The notes under the pieces: model-generated
The model's database searches: none
Told to the model about the DNA's origin: nothing
The model's input: only the letters and a program-made list of their open reading frames with translations
Program-made: the position numbers and the translations under genes
Source: Sedimentisphaerales bacterium
GTDB taxonomy: Bacteria > Planctomycetota > Phycisphaerae > Sedimentisphaerales > SM23-30
Assembly (NCBI GenBank): GCA_963663805.2
Contig: CAXXMR010000019.1
Span: forward strand, 175,131-239,130
Reading direction: 5' to 3'
Length of the DNA stretch: 64,000 bases
Shown: piece by piece, positions 9,444 through 18,666 of the stretch
Layout: every line of letters starts with the position of its first letter
How positions within the stretch are numbered: position 1 is the stretch's first letter

Positions 9444-9974
9444 TTATTCCCCTGAATTTGGATTCAGCGAGTCAATATATTTATCATGGTCTTTATCTTC
9501 TCGATATTTATAATCATGATAATAAAGGCCGGGAATTAATTGCCTGTGCTGTACATATTTGAAGGTGCCTTCTAAGGGGGCAATATTTTCAGCTAAAGCA
9601 ACAATGCCAACCTGATATTTTGAATGCAAAAATACGCTGTTGTGAGAAACAGTTATAATATTGAAATCTGTTTCAAGTATAGAATCAAGAACCTTCTGAG
9701 AAACGCCTTCAATTGAAGAAGCTCCTGCATATATAAGATATTCTTTTTCTTCTCCTTGAGAAAGATGAAGTTGTTCAATAATACTACGGCAATCCTGTAA
9801 CATTTTCTTATGGTCTAATTCATAAACCAGACGCCGTATAAATGATTCTTTTCCTTTAACTAAAAACATTCCAAAAGAAAAAAAGAACCACATATTATAG
9901 ATAATATATAAAACCAATACAAAAGCTACTATTCCCAAAACATATTGACGCCATCTATTTCTCAAACATTTCAT
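9444..9974 (-). CDS. Hypothetical N-terminally anchored protein, paralog of 8869-9381
   Basis: Same shared motifs, N-terminal TM, AT-rich. Confidence 0.8.
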   Translation of the reverse strand: MKCLRNRWRQYVLGIVAFVLVLYIIYNMWFFFSFGMFLVKGKESFIRRLVYELDHKKMLQDCRSIIEQLHLSQGEEKEYLIYAGASSIEGVSQKVLDSILETDFNIITVSHNSVFLHSKYQVGIVALAENIAPLEGTFKYVQHRQLIPGLYYHDYKYREDKDHDKYIDSLNPNSGE

Positions 9975-9985
9975 ATCGGTAGTTC

Positions 9986-11248
9986 CTAATATTTTTTAGG
10001 GCAAATCAAATCCGTCTCAGAGCGGGGGGTGAAACGGTAAATTTTGTCGTTGCGGCGTACTGTTGGTTTGTCGCTGGTTGAGTTTTGCGCGGGGGTGAAG
10101 GGGAAGGTTGCTGTGGTTTTTTCGAGTTGGGTTACGTCTTGTTTGTTAGGGTCGCGTAGTTGGGTGATTTTCATTTCTATTACGCCGGTGGTGGGGCCGT
10201 GGATTTGGATGGTGTCGCCGAGGGTTAGGGGTGCGGCGTGGATGTTGGCGTGGATTATTTTTGATTTTTGGTAATAGTTTATGATGGTGCCGACGAATTC
10301 TTTCTGGCGGGGTGCGGCGTTGCCGGCGGCGGTGGAGAAATCGTGGGGGCCGGGCCGGCCCAGGAGAAAGCCGGTGGAGAACTCCCGGTGGTAGACCTTC
10401 TCTACCTGTTCGGTCAGTTCGGCGATGAGTTGTTCTGAGTAGGTGCCGTCCTTTACGGCGTCGATGGCTTGTCGGTAGGCGGCGGTGACGGTGTGGATAT
10501 ATTCGGGGGCGCGGCTGCGTCCTTCGATTTTGAAGACATCTATGCCGGCGGCGATGAGCTGGTCGATGATGCCGAGCGTACAAAGGTCTTTGGGGCTGAG
10601 GACATAGCCGTTGGATACTTCGAGTTCGTCGTCGGTTTCGGTGTCGATGACGTGATAGGAGCGGCGGCAGGGCTGGATGCAGTCGCCGCGGTTGGCGGAG
10701 CGGCCGGTGAGGAACTGGGAGATGAAACAGCGGCCGGAGACCGAGACGCACATCGCGCCGTGGACGAAGACTTCGATTTCAATGTCGGAATTCTGGCGGA
10801 GGTGTTTTATCTGTTCGAGGGTTAGTTCGCGGGCGAGTACGACGCGGCGGGCGCCGAGGCCCTGGTAAAACTTGAGGGCCGGGAGATTGGAGATTGAGGC
10901 CTGGGTGGAGATGTGGATGGGGATGTCGAGTTTTTGGGCCTGCTGGATGACGGCGAGGTCCCAGCAGATTACCGCGTCGGCGTGGGCAGTTTTTATCTGG
11001 TCGAGGGTATCGTTGAGCAGTTCGAGCTCGTGGTCGTAGATGATGGTGTTGAGGGTGACGTAGACTTTGACGTTTCGGTCGTGGGCGAGCTGGACGATGC
11101 GGGGGAGGTTTTGCAGTTCGATACCGGGTGAGTTGAGTCGCATGTTGAGTTGGCCCAGGCCGAGATAGACGGCGTCGGCGCCAGCGTTGAGGGCGGCGGT
11201 GAAGGATGTTTCATCTCTTACGGGGGCCAATAGTTCGGTATTTTTCAT
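9986..11248 (-). CDS. Peptidase U32-family protein (likely Fe-S RNA hydroxylation factor)
   Basis: ELLAP, GADAVYLG, HISTQ, LARELTL, HGAMCVSVSGRC, ANRGDCIQPCR and KIEGR. Confidence 0.9.
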   Translation of the reverse strand: MKNTELLAPVRDETSFTAALNAGADAVYLGLGQLNMRLNSPGIELQNLPRIVQLAHDRNVKVYVTLNTIIYDHELELLNDTLDQIKTAHADAVICWDLAVIQQAQKLDIPIHISTQASISNLPALKFYQGLGARRVVLARELTLEQIKHLRQNSDIEIEVFVHGAMCVSVSGRCFISQFLTGRSANRGDCIQPCRRSYHVIDTETDDELEVSNGYVLSPKDLCTLGIIDQLIAAGIDVFKIEGRSRAPEYIHTVTAAYRQAIDAVKDGTYSEQLIAELTEQVEKVYHREFSTGFLLGRPGPHDFSTAAGNAAPRQKEFVGTIINYYQKSKIIHANIHAAPLTLGDTIQIHGPTTGVIEMKITQLRDPNKQDVTQLEKTTATFPFTPAQNSTSDKPTVRRNDKIYRFTPRSETDLICPKKY

Positions 11249-11339
11249 ATAGTCATTATCAGGGAATCGGAGGGCTCTGGCAAGGATTCTTGCAATGGGA
11301 GGTGAGTGGTGGTAGATTTTGGATAAATAAAGTTTGGCG

Positions 11340-11416
11340 TGACACAGGTAAACCGGAAATCCTAAACAATATTAAAACGGCAAGGGCACCGCTTACTGAC
11401 GTGCGCGGCTCTGATA
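11340..11416 (-). repeat. Intergenic mosaic repeat M3 (reverse orientation)
   Basis: Minus strand ATCAGAGCCGCGCACGTCAGTAAGCGGT-GCCCTT-GCCGTT...TTGTTTAGGATTTCC matches the units near 55094 and 46719. Confidence 0.8.
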
Positions 11417-11470
11417 GACAGTTGATATTTTGCGTGAAATTTCGTTTGTAAGCGATTGAAGGAGCAAAAG

Positions 11471-12151
11471 ATGAGTGGAATTAAGTATGGTTTGATTTTT
11501 GATGTGGATGGGGTGGTGGCTGATACCGAAGGGGTGAACGCGCAGGAGACGGCACGGGTTTTCGATGAGCTGTTCGGAGTCAAAGGTGTGCAACGGGCGG
11601 ATTTCGAGAAGGGGCTGGGTCGGGGCGATAAGGTTTATGTACAAGTGGCGGCGGCGATTCATGGGGTCGAGCTTTCGGAGGAGCAGGTGGCGGCGGCGGT
11701 TAAGCTGCGGGAAGAAAAGATAATGCAGTCTTTGCGGGTTGCCCCGCTGGGGGCTTTTGAGGGGGTATTGGAACTCATGGCGGCGGCCCGGGCTGATAGT
11801 CGATGGGCTCTGGCAATCGCGACTTCGGGGGCCAACGAAAAAGCAAAACTGATACTGGGCTCGGCGGGCGTGGATTTGAGCGATATGGTTTATGTGACCG
11901 GCAGCGATGTTAAAAATCGTAAGCCGGACCCGGAAATTTATTTGAAGGCGGTAGCAAAACTGGGCCTGAAAGCCGAAAATTGCGTGGCGGTTGAGGATGC
12001 CCCCGATGGGGTAGATTCCGCAAAGGCCGCGGGCTGTCGGGTAATCGCGGTGACGAATTCGGTGGGCAGGGAAAAACTCGCTAAGGCGGATTTAATCGTG
12101 GACAGCCTGTTAGAGCTAAATATCGCGAAGCTGACCGAACTGGTCATTTGA
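11471..12151 (+). CDS. HAD-superfamily phosphatase (beta-PGM-like)
   Basis: FDVDGVVADT, ATS, KPDPEIY and EDAPDG. Confidence 0.9.
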   Translation: MSGIKYGLIFDVDGVVADTEGVNAQETARVFDELFGVKGVQRADFEKGLGRGDKVYVQVAAAIHGVELSEEQVAAAVKLREEKIMQSLRVAPLGAFEGVLELMAAARADSRWALAIATSGANEKAKLILGSAGVDLSDMVYVTGSDVKNRKPDPEIYLKAVAKLGLKAENCVAVEDAPDGVDSAKAAGCRVIAVTNSVGREKLAKADLIVDSLLELNIAKLTELVI

Positions 12152-12974
12152 CAATGCGATAGATTTCCTGACAGGTAACTAGAAGTTTTTCCATCTGGTT
12201 CAGGGGCAGCATACAGGCGGCATCGCTTAGTCCTTCGGCGGGGTTGGGATGAGTTTCGATGAACAGTCCATCGGCACCGGCGGCAATAGCGGCACGGGCC
12301 AGGACCGGGGCCAGGTCGGGTTCGCCGCCGGAAGCGGTGCCCAATCCGCCGGGCTGCTGGGTGGAATGGGTGGCATCCATGATAGCGGGACAGCCAAGCT
12401 GACGCATCTGGTCAATGCCGGCCATGTCGCAGATGAGGCGGTTATAGCCGAAACTGCTGCCGCGTTCGACGAGGGTTATCTGATGATTGCCCATCTCGTT
12501 GATTTTATCCACGACGTTTTTCATGTCCCAGGGTGCCATGAACTGGGCTTTTTTGGCCTGGATGGGTTTTTGAGTTTTAGCGGCGGCCTGGACCAGGTCG
12601 GTTTGGCGAACCAGAAAAGCCGGTATCTGGAGCATATCGACCACCTCGGCACAAATAGAGGCTTGTTCGGGCAGGTGAATATCAGTCACCACGGGTAGCT
12701 GAAACTGGGTGCGGATATGGTCAAGGGTTCGCAGGCCTTCCTGAATGCCCGGTCCGCGGAAAGCGGCAGAGCTGGAGCGGTTGGCTTTGTCGAAACTGGC
12801 TTTGAAAACATACCCTATTCCGAGGCGGTTGGTCAGGTCTTTGAGGTTTTCAGCGATTCGGCAGCAGAGGTCGCGGCTTTCTATGACGCAGGGGCCGGCA
12901 AAAAGGACCAGCCCGGCAGCGGGACCAATCTTGACTTGCTGAACGTGTTTGTCTCCGACGGTTACGGTATTCAT
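12144..12974 (-). CDS. kdsA: KDO-8-phosphate synthase
   Basis: AGPCVIES, KASFDKANRSS, QIPAFLVRQTDL, ERGSSFGY and DATHS. Confidence 0.95.
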   Translation of the reverse strand: MNTVTVGDKHVQQVKIGPAAGLVLFAGPCVIESRDLCCRIAENLKDLTNRLGIGYVFKASFDKANRSSSAAFRGPGIQEGLRTLDHIRTQFQLPVVTDIHLPEQASICAEVVDMLQIPAFLVRQTDLVQAAAKTQKPIQAKKAQFMAPWDMKNVVDKINEMGNHQITLVERGSSFGYNRLICDMAGIDQMRQLGCPAIMDATHSTQQPGGLGTASGGEPDLAPVLARAAIAAGADGLFIETHPNPAEGLSDAACMLPLNQMEKLLVTCQEIYRIVK

Positions 12975-13000
12975 AGTTTTTTGCCTGAAAAGGTGTAAAT

Positions 13001-13969
13001 TTATCCGATAAGCCATTTTCTCAAAAGGAAAAGGCGGGCTGGTTTACGATAGGCGAAATGTCCCGGGCCGGGCGGGACAAGTACCTTGGCGGCTGAGGGT
13101 ATTACCTCAATGTCCAGCGGCAGAGGCGGAGCGGGGTCGCCGTCAACCTGGACGGGTACGGAATGTTCCTCGTCGGTCGAAATTTGCACCTTTTTGCAGC
13201 GGCGGCGGAGGACATTTCGGCTTTTATGCGAAATACCGAGGATGGTCATGACGGCATGGGCCAGTAAGTACCTGCGTCGTTTGCAGTTATATACACAGAG
13301 GTCTAGCAGACCATCTCCGCAGTCAGCTTCGGGTAGTACGCCCAGTCCCAGGGCATAGCGTGAGATATTGGCAACAAAGACCAACGAAGGCTGGTTTGAA
13401 ACCTCTTGTCCGTCGGCGATTACCTTTACTCTGGGAAATCGATATTCCCAGAATGTCCGGCAGATAGGCCAGAAATAATCGGTGTGGCTGATATGACCGT
13501 TGCGGAATTTATTGATTCGTTTGATAACTTCGGCATCGTAGCCGACGCCGACGATGGCCATGAATCTCCTGCTGCCGGCCTGACCGAGGTCGAGGTCGCG
13601 AACAGAACCGTAATCTATGGTATTAAGGGCACTTTCGAGGGTGTTATCGAGTCCCAGTTCGCGGGCGAGGAGGTTTTCGGTGCCGGACGGTATAATAAGG
13701 ATAGGCTGGCGGGCACCGGCCAGGGCCTGGGCGACCTGCCGTACGGTTCCGTCCCCGCCGGAGACGATAACTATATCATAATCCTCAGCGACAGCCTGGC
13801 AAGCGAGTTGGCCGGCGTGTTCAAGCGACTGGGTGAGCTGGATATTAACATGATTTTGGCGTTGCCGGAGGGTGTTTTTGAGCTGTTTCAGGCAGCGAAC
13901 ATTGGCACTGGAACCGCTCTGGGGATTTACGATGAAGAAAAATCTCTGCTTGGGGCGGCCTTCGGTCAT
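13001..13969 (-). CDS. Diacylglycerol/lipid kinase family (YegS/DgkB-like)
   Basis: IVNPQSG, GGDGTV, PSGTENLLAR and QVDGD. Confidence 0.9.
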   Translation of the reverse strand: MTEGRPKQRFFFIVNPQSGSSANVRCLKQLKNTLRQRQNHVNIQLTQSLEHAGQLACQAVAEDYDIVIVSGGDGTVRQVAQALAGARQPILIIPSGTENLLARELGLDNTLESALNTIDYGSVRDLDLGQAGSRRFMAIVGVGYDAEVIKRINKFRNGHISHTDYFWPICRTFWEYRFPRVKVIADGQEVSNQPSLVFVANISRYALGLGVLPEADCGDGLLDLCVYNCKRRRYLLAHAVMTILGISHKSRNVLRRRCKKVQISTDEEHSVPVQVDGDPAPPLPLDIEVIPSAAKVLVPPGPGHFAYRKPARLFLLRKWLIG

Positions 13970-14193
13970 GTGTTAAAATCTTAAAATTAAAGGAGTTAAG
14001 GTTCATTTCGCGGCAGTATTATATCGCCGGTTCTCTCAGGTGACAACCGAAATAATGGATTGTGGGGATTGATGTCGCTGACAGGTGCATTTTGGTCTTG
14101 CAAGGCGGGGCGGATTGTCTATAATGGCCAGCTTGTCTATATATGGAAAGTATAGCTGGGCATTGTAGTGGAAAGCATAAGGAGACTGACGCA

Positions 14194-15537
14194 ATGGACG
14201 CTCCTACCATTGATTTTACTAAGTTTATGGCTGATAATCAGCCGCTGACCGAAGAACAGATGAATCGGCTGGCCGGTGAAGTACGCAGCGGCGAGCGCGA
14301 AAAGCTGGCATTCGCCAAACTTCTGGACGATGCGGTTTCGAGCCGCGAGTCGGAATTTTCGGGTGACCAGGGCTGGTCGCTGAAAGTTGGCCAGGGTTAT
14401 TGCGTGCTGGGTAAGTACAACAAAGCCCTGGAATGGCTGGGCAAGGCAGGCTCTGGTTTGAGCCAGTGTCTGGCCAAGGCTTATTGCCAGCGTGAAACAG
14501 GTAATTATGAAGCGGCGGTCAAGACCTTCGAAGAGGCCGAGAGCAAAGGCTATGAGAGTTTCGAAGCGACCATGGCTGTTGTCGACTGTCTGCGTCGTGC
14601 CGGCGAACTGGAACAGGCCGGCGAACGTCTGAACCGGGTATCGCGGGTAGGTGACATTCGGGCGGAATATCGTTTCCAACTGGGTATGCTGAATGAGGCC
14701 AATGGTCTGCATGATGACGCGGTAACAGAACTGGCCCGGGCGGTGGAACTGGATAACAATCATAGCCGGGCTTTGTTCCAACTGGCTTTTCTTCTGGATT
14801 TGCACGGCAATGAAGAAGACGCGATCAAGTGCTATGAGCGTTGCGTGTCTAAAGCCCCGGCATCGTTAAACGCTTTGTTGAATCTGGCGGTTCTCTATGA
14901 GGATTCGGAACAGTGGGACAAGGCCGGCAAGTGCATCAAGCGTGTTCTGGCCACACATCCGAATCACCTGCGGGCCAGGCTGTTCCTCAAGGATGTTGAA
15001 GCCAGCCGGACCATGTACTATGACGAAGAACAGGAACGTCGAGTAGATTTACAGAATCAGGTTCTGGAAATTCCGATTTCTGATTTTGAATTGTCGGTTC
15101 GTTCTCGTAACTGTCTGAAGAAGATGGGCGTTCGGAGTCTGGGCGATTTACTGAAGGTTGGCGAGGCAGAACTCCTGGCCTATAAGAATTTTGGTGAAAC
15201 ATCTCTGACTGAAATCAAGCAAATGTTGCATACCAAAGGTTTGCAGTTGGGTCAACTAACCGATGACCGTAATAACAACCGTCGGGCCGTGGTGGTTGAC
15301 GAAGAAGAAGAGGAAGAAGAGCAAGAGTGGCTAGGCTATTCGGTAGCGGAATTGAATCTTTCGGTGCGGGCGCGTAAATGTTTGCAGCGTTTGAATCTTA
15401 ATACTCTGGGTGATTTGACCAGCTGCACTGAGGCCGAGCTTTTAGGTTGCAAGAATTTTGGCATGACCAGTCTGATTGAAGTTAAGGAAAAACTTCAGGA
15501 GCAGAATCTGTCCCTTCGGGAGCTGGACGAAGAATAA
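14194..15537 (+). CDS. TPR protein with two RNA polymerase alpha-CTD-like domains
   Basis: TPR-like helical repeats followed by ELSVRSRNCL...KNFGETSLTEIK and NLSVRARKCL...KNFGMTSLIEVK. AAGGAG RBS before ATG 14194. Confidence 0.88.
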   Translation: MDAPTIDFTKFMADNQPLTEEQMNRLAGEVRSGEREKLAFAKLLDDAVSSRESEFSGDQGWSLKVGQGYCVLGKYNKALEWLGKAGSGLSQCLAKAYCQRETGNYEAAVKTFEEAESKGYESFEATMAVVDCLRRAGELEQAGERLNRVSRVGDIRAEYRFQLGMLNEANGLHDDAVTELARAVELDNNHSRALFQLAFLLDLHGNEEDAIKCYERCVSKAPASLNALLNLAVLYEDSEQWDKAGKCIKRVLATHPNHLRARLFLKDVEASRTMYYDEEQERRVDLQNQVLEIPISDFELSVRSRNCLKKMGVRSLGDLLKVGEAELLAYKNFGETSLTEIKQMLHTKGLQLGQLTDDRNNNRRAVVVDEEEEEEEQEWLGYSVAELNLSVRARKCLQRLNLNTLGDLTSCTEAELLGCKNFGMTSLIEVKEKLQEQNLSLRELDEE

Positions 15538-15578
15538 AGTTCTAGCCTGCCTGATGGTTGGTTCAGGACGTATAGGCC

Positions 15579-16883
15579 ATGGTCAAAGGCGTAAATGGTG
15601 TATTGATTTTGCCGGGATGGACGGCTTGGTTGTTGTTGTTTGTGACAACCTGGGCCTTCATCGGTGATTTTTCGGAAGAGCCCTTTTGGGCAGGTCCGAT
15701 TGAAGCCGCTGGTTCGGTATCAATCCCGGCAAGTTCAGGCGAAGAAGTTGAGATTCGTGTCCTGCTGAGCTGTCAGGGCCGAGTTAAACTATTCAGCAGG
15801 CAGGAAGCTCTGCTGATTGAGGACCGAAACGGCAAAGAATGGGGAGTTTTGCCCGTCAACGGTTCCTATTATGTCGAACGGTCGGCTCAGGGCTGGTCGA
15901 TTTCGAGCAGTTCCGGAAACAAGCTGTTTGGGGCTATCGGTGAAGGAGACCTGGAGATACAGCCGGAACACAACGGCGGTTTCCGGGTTGAACTCGACGA
16001 TAAGCCTTGTAGTTATTCCGGCAAGTTGCGTTTGATTTGTCAGGATGACGGTCGCATCGCGATTGTAAATATAATCGGTATAGAAACATATTTAGCTGGT
16101 GTGGTTGGCGCCGAGGCCTATTCGGACTGGCGTCTTCCGGCTTTGCGGGCTCAGGCGATAGCCAGCCGTACTTATGCCCTGTATAATTTGTCCCTCAACC
16201 GCAGTTCGTCCTGGGATATTGGCAGTAATCAGGGCAGCCAGATGTATCTGGGCAAATCGAGCAGCCATAAACGGGTCAGTCAGTCAGTTGGCGATACCCG
16301 CGGCGTGGTTATGGCTTACGGCAAGCGCGGCCGTGAGCGAATTTTCCCGACTTATTACTGTTCGAATTGCGGCGGACATACGCAAGAAGCGGCGTCGGTT
16401 TTCGGTATGAAAGTACCGCCTTTGTCTGGTCAGTTTTGCCCTTATTGCGGCAAAGTAGCCCATGCCGACAAATACCGCTGGCCGGCGGTAACGATAGAAA
16501 AATGGCAGGTAAATGACTTGCTGCATCGGCGCTACCCAGATGACTTAAAGATTCTGGGCAAGATAGTCAATGTTCAGGTCACACGTACAAGTGAATATGG
16601 GCGAGTTGAACGTATGAGGTTGACCGGTGCTTCGGGCAAAAGCATTATTGTCCGTGCGGAAGATTTTCGTTTGGCGATGCTGGCCGGCGGCAAAGATATT
16701 TTGAGCAGCTGGTATGAGCTTGAAGACCTGGGCGAGAGTTGGCGATTTTCCGAGGGCCGCGGCTGGGGGCACGGGGTGGGGATGTGCCAGTGGGGCACGC
16801 AGGCGATGGCCTTGAGCGGTAAGGATTGTGTGGAAATACTGGAGTTTTACTACCCGCAAATGCAACTGGTGCGGGCGTACTGA
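15579..16883 (+). CDS. SpoIID/LytB-domain protein
   Basis: ETYLAGVVGAE, ALRAQAIASRTYA, SQMY and GRGWGHGVGMCQWG...ILEFYY. Confidence 0.9.
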   Translation: MVKGVNGVLILPGWTAWLLLFVTTWAFIGDFSEEPFWAGPIEAAGSVSIPASSGEEVEIRVLLSCQGRVKLFSRQEALLIEDRNGKEWGVLPVNGSYYVERSAQGWSISSSSGNKLFGAIGEGDLEIQPEHNGGFRVELDDKPCSYSGKLRLICQDDGRIAIVNIIGIETYLAGVVGAEAYSDWRLPALRAQAIASRTYALYNLSLNRSSSWDIGSNQGSQMYLGKSSSHKRVSQSVGDTRGVVMAYGKRGRERIFPTYYCSNCGGHTQEAASVFGMKVPPLSGQFCPYCGKVAHADKYRWPAVTIEKWQVNDLLHRRYPDDLKILGKIVNVQVTRTSEYGRVERMRLTGASGKSIIVRAEDFRLAMLAGGKDILSSWYELEDLGESWRFSEGRGWGHGVGMCQWGTQAMALSGKDCVEILEFYYPQMQLVRAY

Positions 16884-16901
16884 GAAAGTTTTTATTAGCG
16901 G

Positions 16902-18038
16902 ATGTTTTCATTCAATCTGAGCCACATCAGCAGTGACAGCCAGGCCCGGCGTGGCTGTATCTTGACCCCTCACGGGGAGGTTCAGACCCCGGCGTTTATG
17001 CCGGTGGGTACTCGCGGCAGCGTTAAGGGTTTATTACCTAGAGACTTGCATGAATGTGGGGCGGAAATGGTACTGGGTAATACCTATCACCTTCTGTTGC
17101 GTCCGGGAGCGGAGGTTGTGCATCATCTGGGCGGTTTGCAGGAGTTTAGCGGCTGGCGTGGGCCGATGCTGACCGACAGCGGCGGCTATCAGGTGTTTTC
17201 GCTGAGCGAGCTAAACCGGATAGGCGAGGATGAAGTTGAGTTTGCTTCGCATATCGACGGGGCCCGGGTTAGATTGAGCCCGAAAGTGGCCATCGAAACC
17301 CAAAATCGGCTGGGCGCTGACATTATAATGGCATTTGATGAGTGTGTTAAGCTGCCCTGCGAAAGAGCTAGGATGGTCGAGGCGGTGGAGCGGACGATTC
17401 GCTGGGCTGAGCAGTGTCTGGAAGCCCATGGTCGGCAGGACCAGTGGCTTTTCGGGATTGTCCAGGGCGGCACGGACCGGGAATTGCGGCAATACTGCGT
17501 GGAAGCACTGTTGAAACTGGATTTTCCGGGTTACGCGATAGGCGGTCTGAGCGTGGGCGAAGGCCATGCCCTGATGATAGAAACAACGGCATACACGGCC
17601 CCGTTGCTGCCGGCGGATAAACCACGATACCTTATGGGTGTTGGGATGCCCAGGGATTTGGTGGCGGCGATCGGAGCGGGCATAGATATGTTTGACTGCG
17701 TGCTGCCGACCCGAAACGGGCGAAACGCGTTCGCTTTTACGAAAACAGGCACGCTGAGACTGAGAAATCAGCAATATCAGTATGATAAAAGGCCTTTGGA
17801 CGAGCAGTGCGGGTGCTATACCTGCCGGAACTTCAGTCGGGGCTATTTGCGGCATATGTTCCTGGTGGGCGAGATGGCCGGCGGTATACTGGTGTCATTG
17901 CATAATTTATGTTTCTATCAGGAGCTTATGGCAGAAGCCCGCAAGGCGATAGAAGAAGATAGATACCAAAGTTGGGCCCGCCTTTGGGCCGATTATGATT
18001 TAGGAAGGCAAGAGGCTAGAGTGAGGCGTGAGGGATGA
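16902..18038 (+). CDS. tgt: tRNA-guanine transglycosylase
   Basis: TPAFMPVGT, NTYHL, DSGGYQVFSL, FGIVQGG, DMFDCVLPTR and the CxCxxC zinc site. Confidence 0.97.
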   Translation: MFSFNLSHISSDSQARRGCILTPHGEVQTPAFMPVGTRGSVKGLLPRDLHECGAEMVLGNTYHLLLRPGAEVVHHLGGLQEFSGWRGPMLTDSGGYQVFSLSELNRIGEDEVEFASHIDGARVRLSPKVAIETQNRLGADIIMAFDECVKLPCERARMVEAVERTIRWAEQCLEAHGRQDQWLFGIVQGGTDRELRQYCVEALLKLDFPGYAIGGLSVGEGHALMIETTAYTAPLLPADKPRYLMGVGMPRDLVAAIGAGIDMFDCVLPTRNGRNAFAFTKTGTLRLRNQQYQYDKRPLDEQCGCYTCRNFSRGYLRHMFLVGEMAGGILVSLHNLCFYQELMAEARKAIEEDRYQSWARLWADYDLGRQEARVRREG

Positions 18039-18134
18039 GTGAACGGCCTGGATTCTCCTTCGGCGAGTCTATTGACAAAGGTTGTTAACGACGACAACAC
18101 AAATTTATAAATATGGTAAATTGAAAGGTAGATT

Positions 18135-18569
18135 ATGGACAATTTGGCTATGATTCTGTTAGCACAGGCAGCGGTTCAGGAAGAAGGTACCACAGCGGCA
18201 CCGGCAACGGATGCTCCGGGACAACCGGAATCCATCACTCAGGAGCCGGGAATGTCGGAAAACGGCGAGGAAGTAACCCCCAATCCCAATCCTCTGATGC
18301 AGTATCTGCCGCTGATTCTTATCTTCATCGTGTTTTATTTCATCATGTTCCGGGGCCCCAAGAAAAAACAACAACAGCGTAAAAAAATGCTCGACTCCAT
18401 GAAAAAAGGCGACAAGGTTCGCACTATCGGCGGGATTATCGGAACTGTGGTAGATATTCGCGATGATGAAGTTTTACTAAAAATTGACGAGAACACGAAT
18501 ACTAAGATGCGGGTCTCGCGGGGCGCGGTCAATACTATTGACGGCGCAGAGGGGTCCGATAACAAGTAG
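18135..18569 (+). CDS. yajC: Preprotein translocase subunit YajC
   Basis: FYFIMFRGPKKKQ and KGDKVRTIGGIIG; lies between tgt and secD. Confidence 0.92.
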   Translation: MDNLAMILLAQAAVQEEGTTAAPATDAPGQPESITQEPGMSENGEEVTPNPNPLMQYLPLILIFIVFYFIMFRGPKKKQQQRKKMLDSMKKGDKVRTIGGIIGTVVDIRDDEVLLKIDENTNTKMRVSRGAVNTIDGAEGSDNK

Positions 18570-18666
18570 TTGTCTCACCCTTTGGGGTCAGTAAAAGATA
18601 ATTTTTCGTCTGGGGTTTACCGGACATGTAATAGTGTAAAAAGGAAGCAAGAAAAAGGCGTAATCT

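Noticed and set aside
8325..9974. Classical integron attC cassette array
   Set aside because: GTT cores are present, but no paired RYYYAAC...GTTRRRY long imperfect palindrome and no intI were seen.
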